64,000 nucleotides of DNA, taken from contig JBEKFP010000002.1 in NCBI GenBank assembly GCA_050013255.1, forward strand, positions 384,001-448,000. The letters are read 5' to 3'. Source of the stretch: Candidatus Bathyarchaeia archaeon (lineage in GTDB: Archaea > Thermoproteota > Bathyarchaeia > 40CM-2-53-6). Numbering within the stretch: the stretch's first letter is position 1; the number at the start of each line of letters is the position of its first letter. The translations under genes and the position numbers were made by a program. Positions 9,721 to 19,076 of this stretch are shown piece after piece. The notes beneath the pieces are model-generated. The model was not told the origin of the DNA. It made no database searches and was given only the letters and a program-made list of their open reading frames with translations.

Positions 9721-11568
9721 TTGCTTCTGAGATTAGTCACGCCACGCGGTAACAACATGCTCTCGTCGCGCCTGCCCGTTCTGCTGCTAGCGCTGGCAAC
9801 AATCTCACTCCTGACCACGATCCCCAACTCAAACGCAGACCCCGCTTCCGGCGCACCGTTCGGCCTTGTTTCATTCTCAACCCTTGCCACCAAGGTTGTG
9901 TTGGACTCGGGTGGTTCGGTTCACATCATATGGACAGTTCACCCGTCCAACGTCACTACTACTGCACCCGGAATATGGTACGCGAGATATGGACCCAATG
10001 GAGCAAACTCAATTCCTCCAATGATAATAAGAAACGCAACAGATATTCAATCGGCCGACCTAGTTGTGGGAAGTGACGGTCAAGCCCATATTGTATGGGC
10101 TGAGGGACCAGCATTTCAAAATTCCACATTAAATTTGTTCAATACGAATTCGGATGCACAAATCTACTATGCTGCAATCAATTCGACTGACGATAATATC
10201 ACGAATTTCGGTTCGCTCACGGGTTTTGGCAAAATCGGAATGTCGCCCTCAATATCAGTTGACAATCGATCGATACCACACGTCGTCTGGACCGAAGAAA
10301 CAATCAATTCGAAGAATCGTACTTTATCCGTATACTGCGCCACCATAACCAACCATCATCTCGATCACCCCATCCTGGTGGCCGAATACTACAACCAAAG
10401 CTTCGTTACTGCTCCTCGACCCCAAGTGGCCTTCGACACGGCCACTGCAAGTCTCAACATTGCGTGGGTCTACAGCCAACGTGCTCAGTTATCCGGCATA
10501 GTGTCACATGTCAATTTCGCGAGGATAAACGCGACTAGCGGCCAAGTTAATCGCATAGGGATAGCAGAACAACCTGAACTTCTCCTAGACGCAGAGGTAG
10601 CTAACGGTCAGAACGGCACCGCATTCGTAGTGTGGCAATCACCGGAAACGGACTCGCTCGCAACGGTGTATGTTTCCAAAATATCGAACGACGGAAGAGT
10701 ACTCTTCCTCAAGAGTTTCAAGAGATCCTATTCATCCACTTCGTACTTAACGGCATCATCGGACGATGAAGAAGATCTCTACCTGGTTTGGTATTATCCA
10801 CCCATACTCCCGCAATCCACGGTACCGGTCAGAGCTGTATCAAATGTTAGTTACATGAAGATCGATGAGGCAGGGTCTGTAACTGATTCTGGAAACGAAT
10901 TGATCCGTGGAACTGTACTCGCAATTGGAATATCAGGCAACGAAGGCCTCTATGCCGTCTCGTCCTCAGGGCTAGTACAAGTCAAAAGGCCGGCCATGGT
11001 ACCCTTCGCTCAACTAGTGATAGGCCTGGGCGCTCTTTGCGGAGTAGGCGTTGCAATCACCGAGGAAGGAAGATACAGAATTCTTCTCTCCCTAAGAACC
11101 CCCGCGAAAATGCATCCTGACCAATCATTGCAACATGATGACGAGGTACTCATCGGAATGCTAAATGAAAGACCAGGAATTCGCCTTAGTCAAATTAGGG
11201 ACAACCCTAGGAATGACATGGGATCTGTAAACCTAAGGAAGCTAGTACGACTTGAGCGAGGAGGATATGTATCATCGATTCGCGTAGGTCTGGGACGAAG
11301 GTTCTTTGGGTCGGCGCCGCTTGAGGCCGCATCTGATTACCAAACGTCGGTCGCAACTCGAATCTTGAATTCGATTAAGGACACGTCTGGCATTTGGGAA
11401 GGAAAGCTTGCTCAAGATTTAGGTCTAAGCCAACAGATCGTCCACTATCATTTGAAGCGATTGCGTTCTGCTGGGTTGTTGAGTGTCCAGATCGATCAGA
11501 GGCGAAAGTTGTACCGGCTGGCAAACTCAAACCAGGCGAGAGACGGGAACTCCTCCCTCGGAGAGTAA
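9721..11568 (+). CDS. Membrane-spanning protein: extracellular beta-rich domain, TM, cytoplasmic tandem winged-HTH
   Basis: Signal peptide; repeated HI/V-VW beta motifs; TM LVIGLGALCGVGVAI; then RPGIRLSQI and LAQDLGLSQQIVHYHLKRL HTH segments. Start may be ATG 9757. Confidence 0.75.
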   Translation: MLLRLVTPRGNNMLSSRLPVLLLALATISLLTTIPNSNADPASGAPFGLVSFSTLATKVVLDSGGSVHIIWTVHPSNVTTTAPGIWYARYGPNGANSIPPMIIRNATDIQSADLVVGSDGQAHIVWAEGPAFQNSTLNLFNTNSDAQIYYAAINSTDDNITNFGSLTGFGKIGMSPSISVDNRSIPHVVWTEETINSKNRTLSVYCATITNHHLDHPILVAEYYNQSFVTAPRPQVAFDTATASLNIAWVYSQRAQLSGIVSHVNFARINATSGQVNRIGIAEQPELLLDAEVANGQNGTAFVVWQSPETDSLATVYVSKISNDGRVLFLKSFKRSYSSTSYLTASSDDEEDLYLVWYYPPILPQSTVPVRAVSNVSYMKIDEAGSVTDSGNELIRGTVLAIGISGNEGLYAVSSSGLVQVKRPAMVPFAQLVIGLGALCGVGVAITEEGRYRILLSLRTPAKMHPDQSLQHDDEVLIGMLNERPGIRLSQIRDNPRNDMGSVNLRKLVRLERGGYVSSIRVGLGRRFFGSAPLEAASDYQTSVATRILNSIKDTSGIWEGKLAQDLGLSQQIVHYHLKRLRSAGLLSVQIDQRRKLYRLANSNQARDGNSSLGE

Positions 11569-11741
11569 GTGCAGAACACGGAAGGCGTTGCACGAAGTAC
11601 CGCAGGGAAATTGCTAACCCGACTGAATCTAGGCATTTTAATGATTCTGGCTTCAAAGCATTGCCAAATAGGACCCTAGCGTAATGTCGAAGTTCTCGTT
11701 ATAGCTTAAGAGTTTAGTTTCCTCAGTCGTGCCGACCGCAG

Positions 11742-12368
11742 ATGATTGTTGTCGAAACCCGCGAGCTGGGAAGGAAGTTCGATTCAAAGGGCACCAGCAT
11801 CGCCGCTTTGGAAAACGTAAACTTGGAAGTAAATGAGGGTGAGGTTTTCGGGTTGCTTGGCCCAAATGGTGCCGGCAAAACAACGCTGATACGAATACTG
11901 TCAACACTACTTCTGCCTTCAGGGACAGCAACTATTGCTGGATATGATGTAGCCAGCGAGACTGAGGCAATCAGACCGCTAATCAACATGGCAAGCGGTT
12001 CCGAAAGGGCAGGTTACGAGTTCATCACAGCAAGGCGAAACATGTGGTTCCTCTCTCAGCTGTACGGAATCTCTACTGAAGATTTCAAGCAACGTATCTC
12101 CACGCTCTCTTCGCAACTGGAGTTGAACGCATACCTAGACAAAAAGGTCTACGCCCTGTCAACAGGATATCGTCAACGAATAACAATCGCTTGGGCTTTC
12201 ATAAACGAGAGAGCGGCCCTCATCTCTGACTCCTGGACGCTGTATGTGAACTCGATGGCTTTTCTTGCCTTGGGCGGAATATTTCTCTTGGCGATTGGAA
12301 TCGTAGCGTTCAGCTATTCGGAGCGTATTGCTAGGGCGAAAGGTTTCATCGATAAGAAAGTAATGTAG
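11742..12368 (+). pseudogene. Deletion fusion: N-terminal part of ABC ATPase joined to C-terminal tail of an ABC-2 permease
   Basis: Walker A GPNGAGKTT and signature LSTGYRQR are present. Walker B and H-loop are absent, replaced by one TM helix and a SERIARAKG tail. Confidence 0.75.
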
Positions 12369-12405
12369 GAATGCCTACGGTCGTAGCAATCGACCTAGGC
12401 TCACT

Positions 12406-13578
12406 TTATTGGAGCTTCATAGTTTTGTTTCGTTTCTTCACCAATCCAATCATAAGTCCGAGGACAATAGCTGCTACTCCAGTCAACAGAACTATCGTCA
12501 CACTCAGGTCTGTATCCCATCCCGCTTCTATCTTCCTGTCCGAAAGCATTAGTATTTGTACAGTTAGGTTTCTTGAATTGGCCGCGCCAGTCCATCCTCG
12601 AAACCGGTCCTTCGCGCCAATCAACCCTAGGATCCCAGAGGTGCCAGTGACGGTGTCAGGTAATGATACGTAGGCGAACATGCCCTTTGGAATGGCGATC
12701 GATGCGGTTCCCGTGAAGCTTTGCGTTCCGAGGGGTGAAGTTACTAGAAATGGAGTATTTGCGTGGACATCGACGTCAAGCTTCACGTAACCGCTCGTCC
12801 ACAAGAGCGCGCCCTCATGAGACTTTGTTACTCCTGAACCCGCGATGAGCGCGTTTGCATTATCTGTCGCGCTGACGCCGAATGGAGTTTCACAACCTCC
12901 ACTCGGTTGGCAGTAGCTAAGCGATATCAAGGAATTAGTTTCCTGCCACCCGGTTGAGTTCAGGTATGAAATATGCCTGAATCTTACTGGCCCGAGATCG
13001 ATAGGGATGGGAGAGGCTTCTGTCCTCTCAGCTACCACGAATGCAGGGTCCAATGAAGGGTTGACGGTGAGATTTGAATTCGCCACAATGTGCCCATCAA
13101 TCAGAAAGGTCCAGAAGTTTGAGGAATTGGGACGGATAGCGTACGCGTGCCATGTGCCGTTGGTTCCACCTGAGCCTGTTGGGCCGATCTGATAGTAATA
13201 TTCTGACCCGCCACGATTGGGCCAGTATTGCCATTGCCATCGCGGATCGGAAGCGGGAATTATTTCCGAAGCTCCTAGGCATTTGAACTTGCCGCCGACA
13301 AAGGCGCCCTTAAGGCAGTACACTCCAGGTTCCAATGAATACCCAAATTGAATGAATGCGCCATTCGCCAAGTTGTTCCCAACCCAAAAGTAATCGAGTG
13401 CATTGGAGTAAGTGTCGTAAGCATGTGTTTCAATTTCTACTTGAACACCGAGATTATTCCTGGAGGCATCATCAGCCCAAGCACCGACTTCGATGGTAAC
13501 ACCGGTCTGCGGTGGAGCAGAGGCCAATAGGATCGAGTTCAGAAGAAGGAAGGCTGCGAAACATCCTCCCTTAGACAA
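12406..13578 (-). CDS. Secreted, C-terminally anchored protein with possible glutamic-peptidase (G1-like) fold
   Basis: Signal peptide; FWVG...FIQFG...WQYWP...VVAE...LGPVRF motif order; C-terminal TM plus KKRNK. Confidence 0.6.
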   Translation of the reverse strand: MSKGGCFAAFLLLNSILLASAPPQTGVTIEVGAWADDASRNNLGVQVEIETHAYDTYSNALDYFWVGNNLANGAFIQFGYSLEPGVYCLKGAFVGGKFKCLGASEIIPASDPRWQWQYWPNRGGSEYYYQIGPTGSGGTNGTWHAYAIRPNSSNFWTFLIDGHIVANSNLTVNPSLDPAFVVAERTEASPIPIDLGPVRFRHISYLNSTGWQETNSLISLSYCQPSGGCETPFGVSATDNANALIAGSGVTKSHEGALLWTSGYVKLDVDVHANTPFLVTSPLGTQSFTGTASIAIPKGMFAYVSLPDTVTGTSGILGLIGAKDRFRGWTGAANSRNLTVQILMLSDRKIEAGWDTDLSVTIVLLTGVAAIVLGLMIGLVKKRNKTMKLQ

Positions 13579-13681
13579 GGCAATCGCCTCGATACGGATA
13601 CGAACATGGTCATAAACCCCTTGCGCATGGCCTTCGTTCAGAAATCGTTGTTCGAGTCTGAGGGTGAACTGTTAGCGGATC

Positions 13682-14896
13682 TCACTTGATGTTGGGGTTA
13701 ATTGGGGGCTGTTGTTTCGGAATGAGTCTGCTCGCGTCAGGGATAACGGAGATCTTGGATTCTGCTCCAAGGGCACGTTGAGCCGTTTGTAATGCCGCAT
13801 TGACGGTTCGAGAAGCCCGCATTCCGAATACATTTTCAACGTAATAATCTGGAATTGTTGAGACTAGGTATATCCGATGAGAGTCAAGCGCTCTCGAAAG
13901 GTATACGGCCTTAAACCCGTCATAATTGAAGTTGTGGCGAAGCCTAGCCTCTAGATGGTGCGGCTGCTTCCTTTCCACGGTCCACTCGTAGAACTCGGTG
14001 TCGCCGTGCCCTTTGCCGCACTCCGCCGCAATGATCAATGCCCCGTTCCTTTTCAGCGCCCCGATGCCGGTTGGGAACGTTTCAATGGCTTGAAGTAGCG
14101 ATTCGTCGTCAGGCGTTCCTCCAGCACTCATTACAACTATATCCGCTAATTTCGGGATATCTCTCGTTAGAGTTGTATTCAACGCTACTTCCAGTGTTGA
14201 CACGGCTTCTCTTACATTTCCAAACGCAACATGTACCGGTTCCTTCCCAGAGTCAAGGACAACTCCCAACGCGTAAGTATTGCTTACCTTGTCACTGACT
14301 TCGTCCCGTTCTTTGCGTAGGTCCGCGGCCGTAAAGCCTGGGCGGTTTGTGAGATGACTTCGCAGAGAGCTCTCAGATGCCAGACCTGGGAAGACTATGT
14401 CGCATATTCCGGTGTATAGGAGAAAATGGTTGGGCTTCAGTTCGCCTACCACGAGCCGAAGGTCAGCTTTGAGGAAGTCTGCATTCAGCTGGGGTGAAAA
14501 CTTGCCACTGAAATCCTCAATTGGAAGGGTAGGCGACAACTTTGGGTTATGACCAGAAACAGTAGTTTCAGAAAGCGCCTCAGCGTTGAGTTCAACCGCA
14601 CTTTGCGTGCGCAAGATTGTAACCGCAGGCCTCTGGGCCCCTAGGTTCTCCAGAAGGATTTTGATCAAATCGATGGCTAGCGGTCCGTTGCCGCATTGTC
14701 CGAGGGCAATGCATGGTTGTTTAGCCTCTTTTGCGATTGTTTGGAAGCGTTCGTTAGATTCGATTAGCTTTCTTGCCTCAGTTAGGGTGTCCAATGGTTT
14801 GCTGGAGTTCTGAGTTCTGAAGATGTCGATTAGTCTCTCCTCGGGAACGCGTACGGGGATCTCGGATGATCCATATGGGAGCCAAACCTCGACCAA
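13682..14896 (-). CDS. Lactate racemase (LarA)-family protein, divergent
   Basis: N-terminal LPYGS; C-terminal ADIVVMSAGGTP, IIAAECGKGHG, IPDAS. Confidence 0.75.
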   Translation of the reverse strand: MVEVWLPYGSSEIPVRVPEERLIDIFRTQNSSKPLDTLTEARKLIESNERFQTIAKEAKQPCIALGQCGNGPLAIDLIKILLENLGAQRPAVTILRTQSAVELNAEALSETTVSGHNPKLSPTLPIEDFSGKFSPQLNADFLKADLRLVVGELKPNHFLLYTGICDIVFPGLASESSLRSHLTNRPGFTAADLRKERDEVSDKVSNTYALGVVLDSGKEPVHVAFGNVREAVSTLEVALNTTLTRDIPKLADIVVMSAGGTPDDESLLQAIETFPTGIGALKRNGALIIAAECGKGHGDTEFYEWTVERKQPHHLEARLRHNFNYDGFKAVYLSRALDSHRIYLVSTIPDYYVENVFGMRASRTVNAALQTAQRALGAESKISVIPDASRLIPKQQPPINPNIK

Positions 14897-15044
14897 GAGC
14901 CGAAAGCACCTTCCTGTAGTCCGTTTCGCTACCGATTGCTCGGGTGCTGGTTAAAGTTTCATTTACATGGGGCGAGCGAAATCCATTGTTTGAACAGCAC
15001 CATTGGATGCCGTTCAGCAAAAGAATAAACGCTGAAGTCATTCT

Positions 15045-15677
15045 ATGAAGAACGGGGAAGTTGCTGTGCGCCAAAGTCTGGGTGAGGATGATTTTACTGA
15101 GATTCTGCTGAGAACGGGAAGCCTCAAATTCGGAACATTCAAGCTTGCAAGCGGCATACTGAGTTCGTATTACGTTGACTTGCGTCTTCTTCCAGGCGAT
15201 CCCGAGGCGTTCCACAGGGCCATTAACTTCTACAGGGCCGTCGTGGAACCTAGTCTAGCGAAGAGGATTCAACGTTTGGCAGGTATACCAACTGCCGGTA
15301 TAGCCTACGCAGCCGTGTTAGCATTCAACCTCTCAAAACCGTTTCTGTATGTCCGAAAGGAAACGAAGGAACATGGCCGTGAGCGTCGAATTGAGGGCCT
15401 CCTGTTGCCAGGCGACAAGGTCTTGGTCTTAGATGATGTCGCAACGACCGGGAAGAACATCATAGAGGCGGTTGAAGCAATCCGTGGCGAAGGGGGAGTC
15501 GTCGAAGACGCTGTTGTACTCCTTGATCGACAGCAAGGCGCTAAGGAGAACCTTCGAAAGGCCGGGGTGAAGCTTCACACTTTTACGACGATACGGCAAA
15601 TTGCCGATAAGCTTCTTGCTCTTGGGACGATTGATGAAACGCAACACAAGGAAATTGTGGGGCAAATCGTTAGCTAG
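15045..15677 (+). CDS. pyrE: Orotate phosphoribosyltransferase
   Basis: FKLASG..YVDLR, VRKETKEHG, PRPP motif VLDDVATTG. Confidence 0.95.
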   Translation: MKNGEVAVRQSLGEDDFTEILLRTGSLKFGTFKLASGILSSYYVDLRLLPGDPEAFHRAINFYRAVVEPSLAKRIQRLAGIPTAGIAYAAVLAFNLSKPFLYVRKETKEHGRERRIEGLLLPGDKVLVLDDVATTGKNIIEAVEAIRGEGGVVEDAVVLLDRQQGAKENLRKAGVKLHTFTTIRQIADKLLALGTIDETQHKEIVGQIVS

Positions 15678-17910
15678 CTTTCACTTTGAAGAGCTCGTTA
15701 AGGCGTTGTTTATCATATCCTAAAGGGGACAGTAAGGCAGCGGTTGAATCGATCAAAAGCTGCTTGTACTTTTGCACATCGTATTGCACTGGCCCATCAA
15801 TCAGTTCACTCGTCAACACAGCATTTCCGGACAAACCATTCGCCTCTTGAAGTATGTAAGAAACGTTTTGCCCTGCGGAGATTTGTACACCTTCGCTGAC
15901 GAGTTGCTTCGCCGCGATAGCCTGCATCACATTATGCCTGTATTCTGTCGGGTTCTTGGAAAGCTGTTTCGTTATGAAAAGGTCCTGCAGATCCACTTGC
16001 CCATTTCGCAGTCTGTCTATGTGTTCGTGGACAAGCTTGAGAGCCCCAGGAATATGCATGCGATAGTCAGCGCAATTGCACGCTGAGGCTAGGTAATTGA
16101 TCACGTCGCTTTGGCATGTCTTAACTATGGGTGGTGTGTCTCGTCGGCGGTACTCTATGCCGCGGACCTTGATTTTTCCATTCCTGAAGGCACCGTAGTA
16201 TCTGTTAAGAACAGGAAACTCAGCGTGAACTTTCGAGGGGAGAAACATGATCCAGCGGTAAATTCCCTTAAACGAAATTGGAAGGCCTAATCTCCTCTCA
16301 ATAGTCTCGCACAAGTTGACGTAGTCACTTTCACCAGCATTGTTTCTCTTCAACCATACTGAATCCACGATCCCGTGAACAACTGAGAATCCACGCTCCT
16401 GGGCAATCTCAATGGTTTCACGAAGAACCTTGCGTGCGAAGGCGCATACAGCTATGTGCGCATCGATCTTTCCGAAACGTGCATTCTTGTAGCCAAGATA
16501 ACCAAACGATGTAATTAGCGACCATTTGAGTGCAGCCTGTCTTTGATCGTAAATATTCCTTAAGTTCGGATCGTTTGTCTTACTCATCAACGTCTTGTAT
16601 TCAGCGCGTTTGTGGAGCAGTATTCGTAGTGTGTGTGGAACTATTCCAATCTTCTTCTCGCAGATGTTGTAGTTTAGTTCCGGGACTCTTTCTCGAGTCT
16701 CGCTGTGGGCGCAGCATTGGCAGTCAATGCATTCGGGTGTGAGGTTGTATCTCATCATGAGCGTTGGGTATAGCGATGCGTAGTCTATCTCGCCTACATT
16801 ATCGAAGAGGCCAACTTTAGGTTCTAATATGAAACCGCCGCGGTCGGCTTTTAACAGTTCACTTGCGGTTTTGAAATTCTCGGGCTCGTTTTTCCTCCAG
16901 GGGATCAAGATGTCGCGGCGAAAGGCTTGGTACATTTGAAGTGAGGTCATGTTGGTGCCGATGGTTTCACGGGACGCCCGGTGCAACGGTGTGCGGCATG
17001 TTCGGGATATCTCGAAGAGTCCTTGGAGCCCGCTGTCTTCGAAGATGAAATCATTGAATGCGTCTAGGTGAAGCCTGCCGAGCAGGTGAACGGGTGTGGG
17101 TTTGTAGTAGATTCGCCCATACGAAAAGTATGATTTCCCCTGTTTATGCGCAGATTTCAGATGCCGTCCTTCGCGGTCAAGGATCAACTGTGATAGTATC
17201 TGATTCTGAAAGGCTCTTTGAATTAAGTACGGGAATAGGAAAGAGTCACCGTTCTTTGTGAGAATTATGTCAGGGTCCGCCTCCTTAACTGACCTTACTA
17301 ATTCAAGTAGTTTATCTGCCTCTGAACCAGCTTCAATTTTCAAGGCACCGCTAGAAGCTTCAACAGTCATTGACGCAATTGGGTCGCGAAAAGTCGGCGT
17401 CTTTTCAGATTTCTGAACGTGAAGCGAAATAGTTGCGCCCCTCAGCGGGGGCGTTTCGTATCGGCATGAGTACGCGTCGTCAAGCAATTCCCAATCTATG
17501 CCAGCGCTTCCGGCTTGTGCTCGGACAAAGGCAAGTGGGAAGAGGTTTTTCTCGTATAGGTATAGTTGAGTGGTTGGAATGTCAACGTTGAATAGCCGAG
17601 CATTGATCAAACACGTGGGATTGAGGCTTTGTAGGAACGTTTTGATGTCGCTTGAGCGTTGAAAAGTTAAGCGGAGAACCTTAGTTCGTTCGAAGTCATT
17701 TGGACTCACGTATTTGTAATCGACTGTGCGTTCTATCTCAAAACCGCAATTCGTAAGAAAAGCAGGAAGGCTTTCCGAATTTCTAGTCCACTCGTAAATG
17801 CTTGGGCGCCATGAGTCGAGTAGGCGGATCGGCTCACCCTTACGAGTTATCAACCAGATGACCATTCCGCCCTGAGGCGCCGGATAGAGATCAAAGAGCC
17901 ACCCTTCCAA
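15670..17910 (-). CDS. polB2: Family B DNA polymerase, PolB2 (Dpo2-like) group
   Basis: Motif A DYASLYP; motif B variant KWSLITSFGYLG; motif C variant HGIVDS (not YGDTDS); KVRGIEYRRRD. Confidence 0.85.
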   Translation of the reverse strand: MEGWLFDLYPAPQGGMVIWLITRKGEPIRLLDSWRPSIYEWTRNSESLPAFLTNCGFEIERTVDYKYVSPNDFERTKVLRLTFQRSSDIKTFLQSLNPTCLINARLFNVDIPTTQLYLYEKNLFPLAFVRAQAGSAGIDWELLDDAYSCRYETPPLRGATISLHVQKSEKTPTFRDPIASMTVEASSGALKIEAGSEADKLLELVRSVKEADPDIILTKNGDSFLFPYLIQRAFQNQILSQLILDREGRHLKSAHKQGKSYFSYGRIYYKPTPVHLLGRLHLDAFNDFIFEDSGLQGLFEISRTCRTPLHRASRETIGTNMTSLQMYQAFRRDILIPWRKNEPENFKTASELLKADRGGFILEPKVGLFDNVGEIDYASLYPTLMMRYNLTPECIDCQCCAHSETRERVPELNYNICEKKIGIVPHTLRILLHKRAEYKTLMSKTNDPNLRNIYDQRQAALKWSLITSFGYLGYKNARFGKIDAHIAVCAFARKVLRETIEIAQERGFSVVHGIVDSVWLKRNNAGESDYVNLCETIERRLGLPISFKGIYRWIMFLPSKVHAEFPVLNRYYGAFRNGKIKVRGIEYRRRDTPPIVKTCQSDVINYLASACNCADYRMHIPGALKLVHEHIDRLRNGQVDLQDLFITKQLSKNPTEYRHNVMQAIAAKQLVSEGVQISAGQNVSYILQEANGLSGNAVLTSELIDGPVQYDVQKYKQLLIDSTAALLSPLGYDKQRLNELFKVKAS

Positions 17911-17925
17911 AACAAGTGCCCGCCG

Positions 17926-19005
17926 TCATGCGTTAAGCGATGCAGGAAAGTGGTCGAGTTTTAGGTCTGATCGACCGATTGTGAAGGCGAGTTTATCGGT
18001 GATTCGTGTCGGGCACGGTTTGAGTGGGTGTTTTTCGAGCAAGAATGTAGTATCCTGTCCTGTTCGCTCGGCTTTGAGCACAACCCGTGCACGGCTCGTG
18101 AGGAATTGGCGAAGTGATGCTTCATGGTTATTTTTGCTTAAAGGGCAAGTTACGACGATGGCAACGTCGTTTTCGTATGAAAATCGGGCTAAGAATGCGG
18201 AGAGAAAATTGACCGTCTGCTTTGCCTCTTTAAAGTCCACATCTGTATCCAGGAACATGCACAGGAGATTTGCTATGACAATTAGCCCTACTTTCTCTTC
18301 ACCGAGAAGTTCAGGCAGTTTTTCTAAGATGAGGTTTACAAGCTGGTAGCATGTGAAGGCACGGGACACCTTAATTCTGCTAAGAACCTCATCGCGATCT
18401 AACTGAAGGACGCTAGCGTAGTCTGATACTTGGTACAAATCAAAAGTGTTCCCGCCGTCAATGAACACGCTTGCCGCATTGAACCCGCCCAAATCCACTG
18501 GCAGCTGCGACCGGACGCAAAGGTGTTCAGCGATCGATTGACACGCATTTTCGCCATATAGAACCGTTAATTGGCCACTATAAACGCCCCCGCACTCATC
18601 TAGATAATTCCCGAAACTTAATCGGGAACCTTTAGACAACGCGGCCTTCTGGAATGTTTGCGTAGTTTCATTAGTCAATAGTGATTTAAGGCCGGAAGTC
18701 TGTGTGCCGCTAATATTTCGCACGTGGTTGTTTCTTAGGAGAACACCAACGGGTACTCGTGTGCTAAGCGCTTGACATTTTAGCGATGCCTCCAACTCAA
18801 AATGGCAGCCAGGGCATTTGTTGAAAGTGGTGTACAGGAAGCTTTGAGGTTGCTCCAACTTGTTACGTAGGGCTAAGACGGAATTGCAAACGTCGCAGTA
18901 GTAAACGTACACAATTCGTGTAGGAAATTCTTCAGAGCAAAAGTTCGGGTCGGCAATGCACGGTGCTAGCTCCTGCAATTGCCCGATTCTATGGTCGCTA
19001 TCCAT
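17926..19005 (-). CDS. RadA/RecA-like protein with degenerate Walker A and N-terminal Zn ribbon
   Basis: GQLTVLYG, FIDGGNTFD, SRAFTCYQL. No GKT/S. CDVC...CPGC at the N-terminus. 15 bp upstream of polB2. Confidence 0.75.
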   Translation of the reverse strand: MDSDHRIGQLQELAPCIADPNFCSEEFPTRIVYVYYCDVCNSVLALRNKLEQPQSFLYTTFNKCPGCHFELEASLKCQALSTRVPVGVLLRNNHVRNISGTQTSGLKSLLTNETTQTFQKAALSKGSRLSFGNYLDECGGVYSGQLTVLYGENACQSIAEHLCVRSQLPVDLGGFNAASVFIDGGNTFDLYQVSDYASVLQLDRDEVLSRIKVSRAFTCYQLVNLILEKLPELLGEEKVGLIVIANLLCMFLDTDVDFKEAKQTVNFLSAFLARFSYENDVAIVVTCPLSKNNHEASLRQFLTSRARVVLKAERTGQDTTFLLEKHPLKPCPTRITDKLAFTIGRSDLKLDHFPASLNA

Positions 19006-19076
19006 AACGGCGAATGTTTCGGCGAAGGCTGAATAACAACGTAAGCCCCGTGTTACATGGGGTGAGGTAGCTCAAA

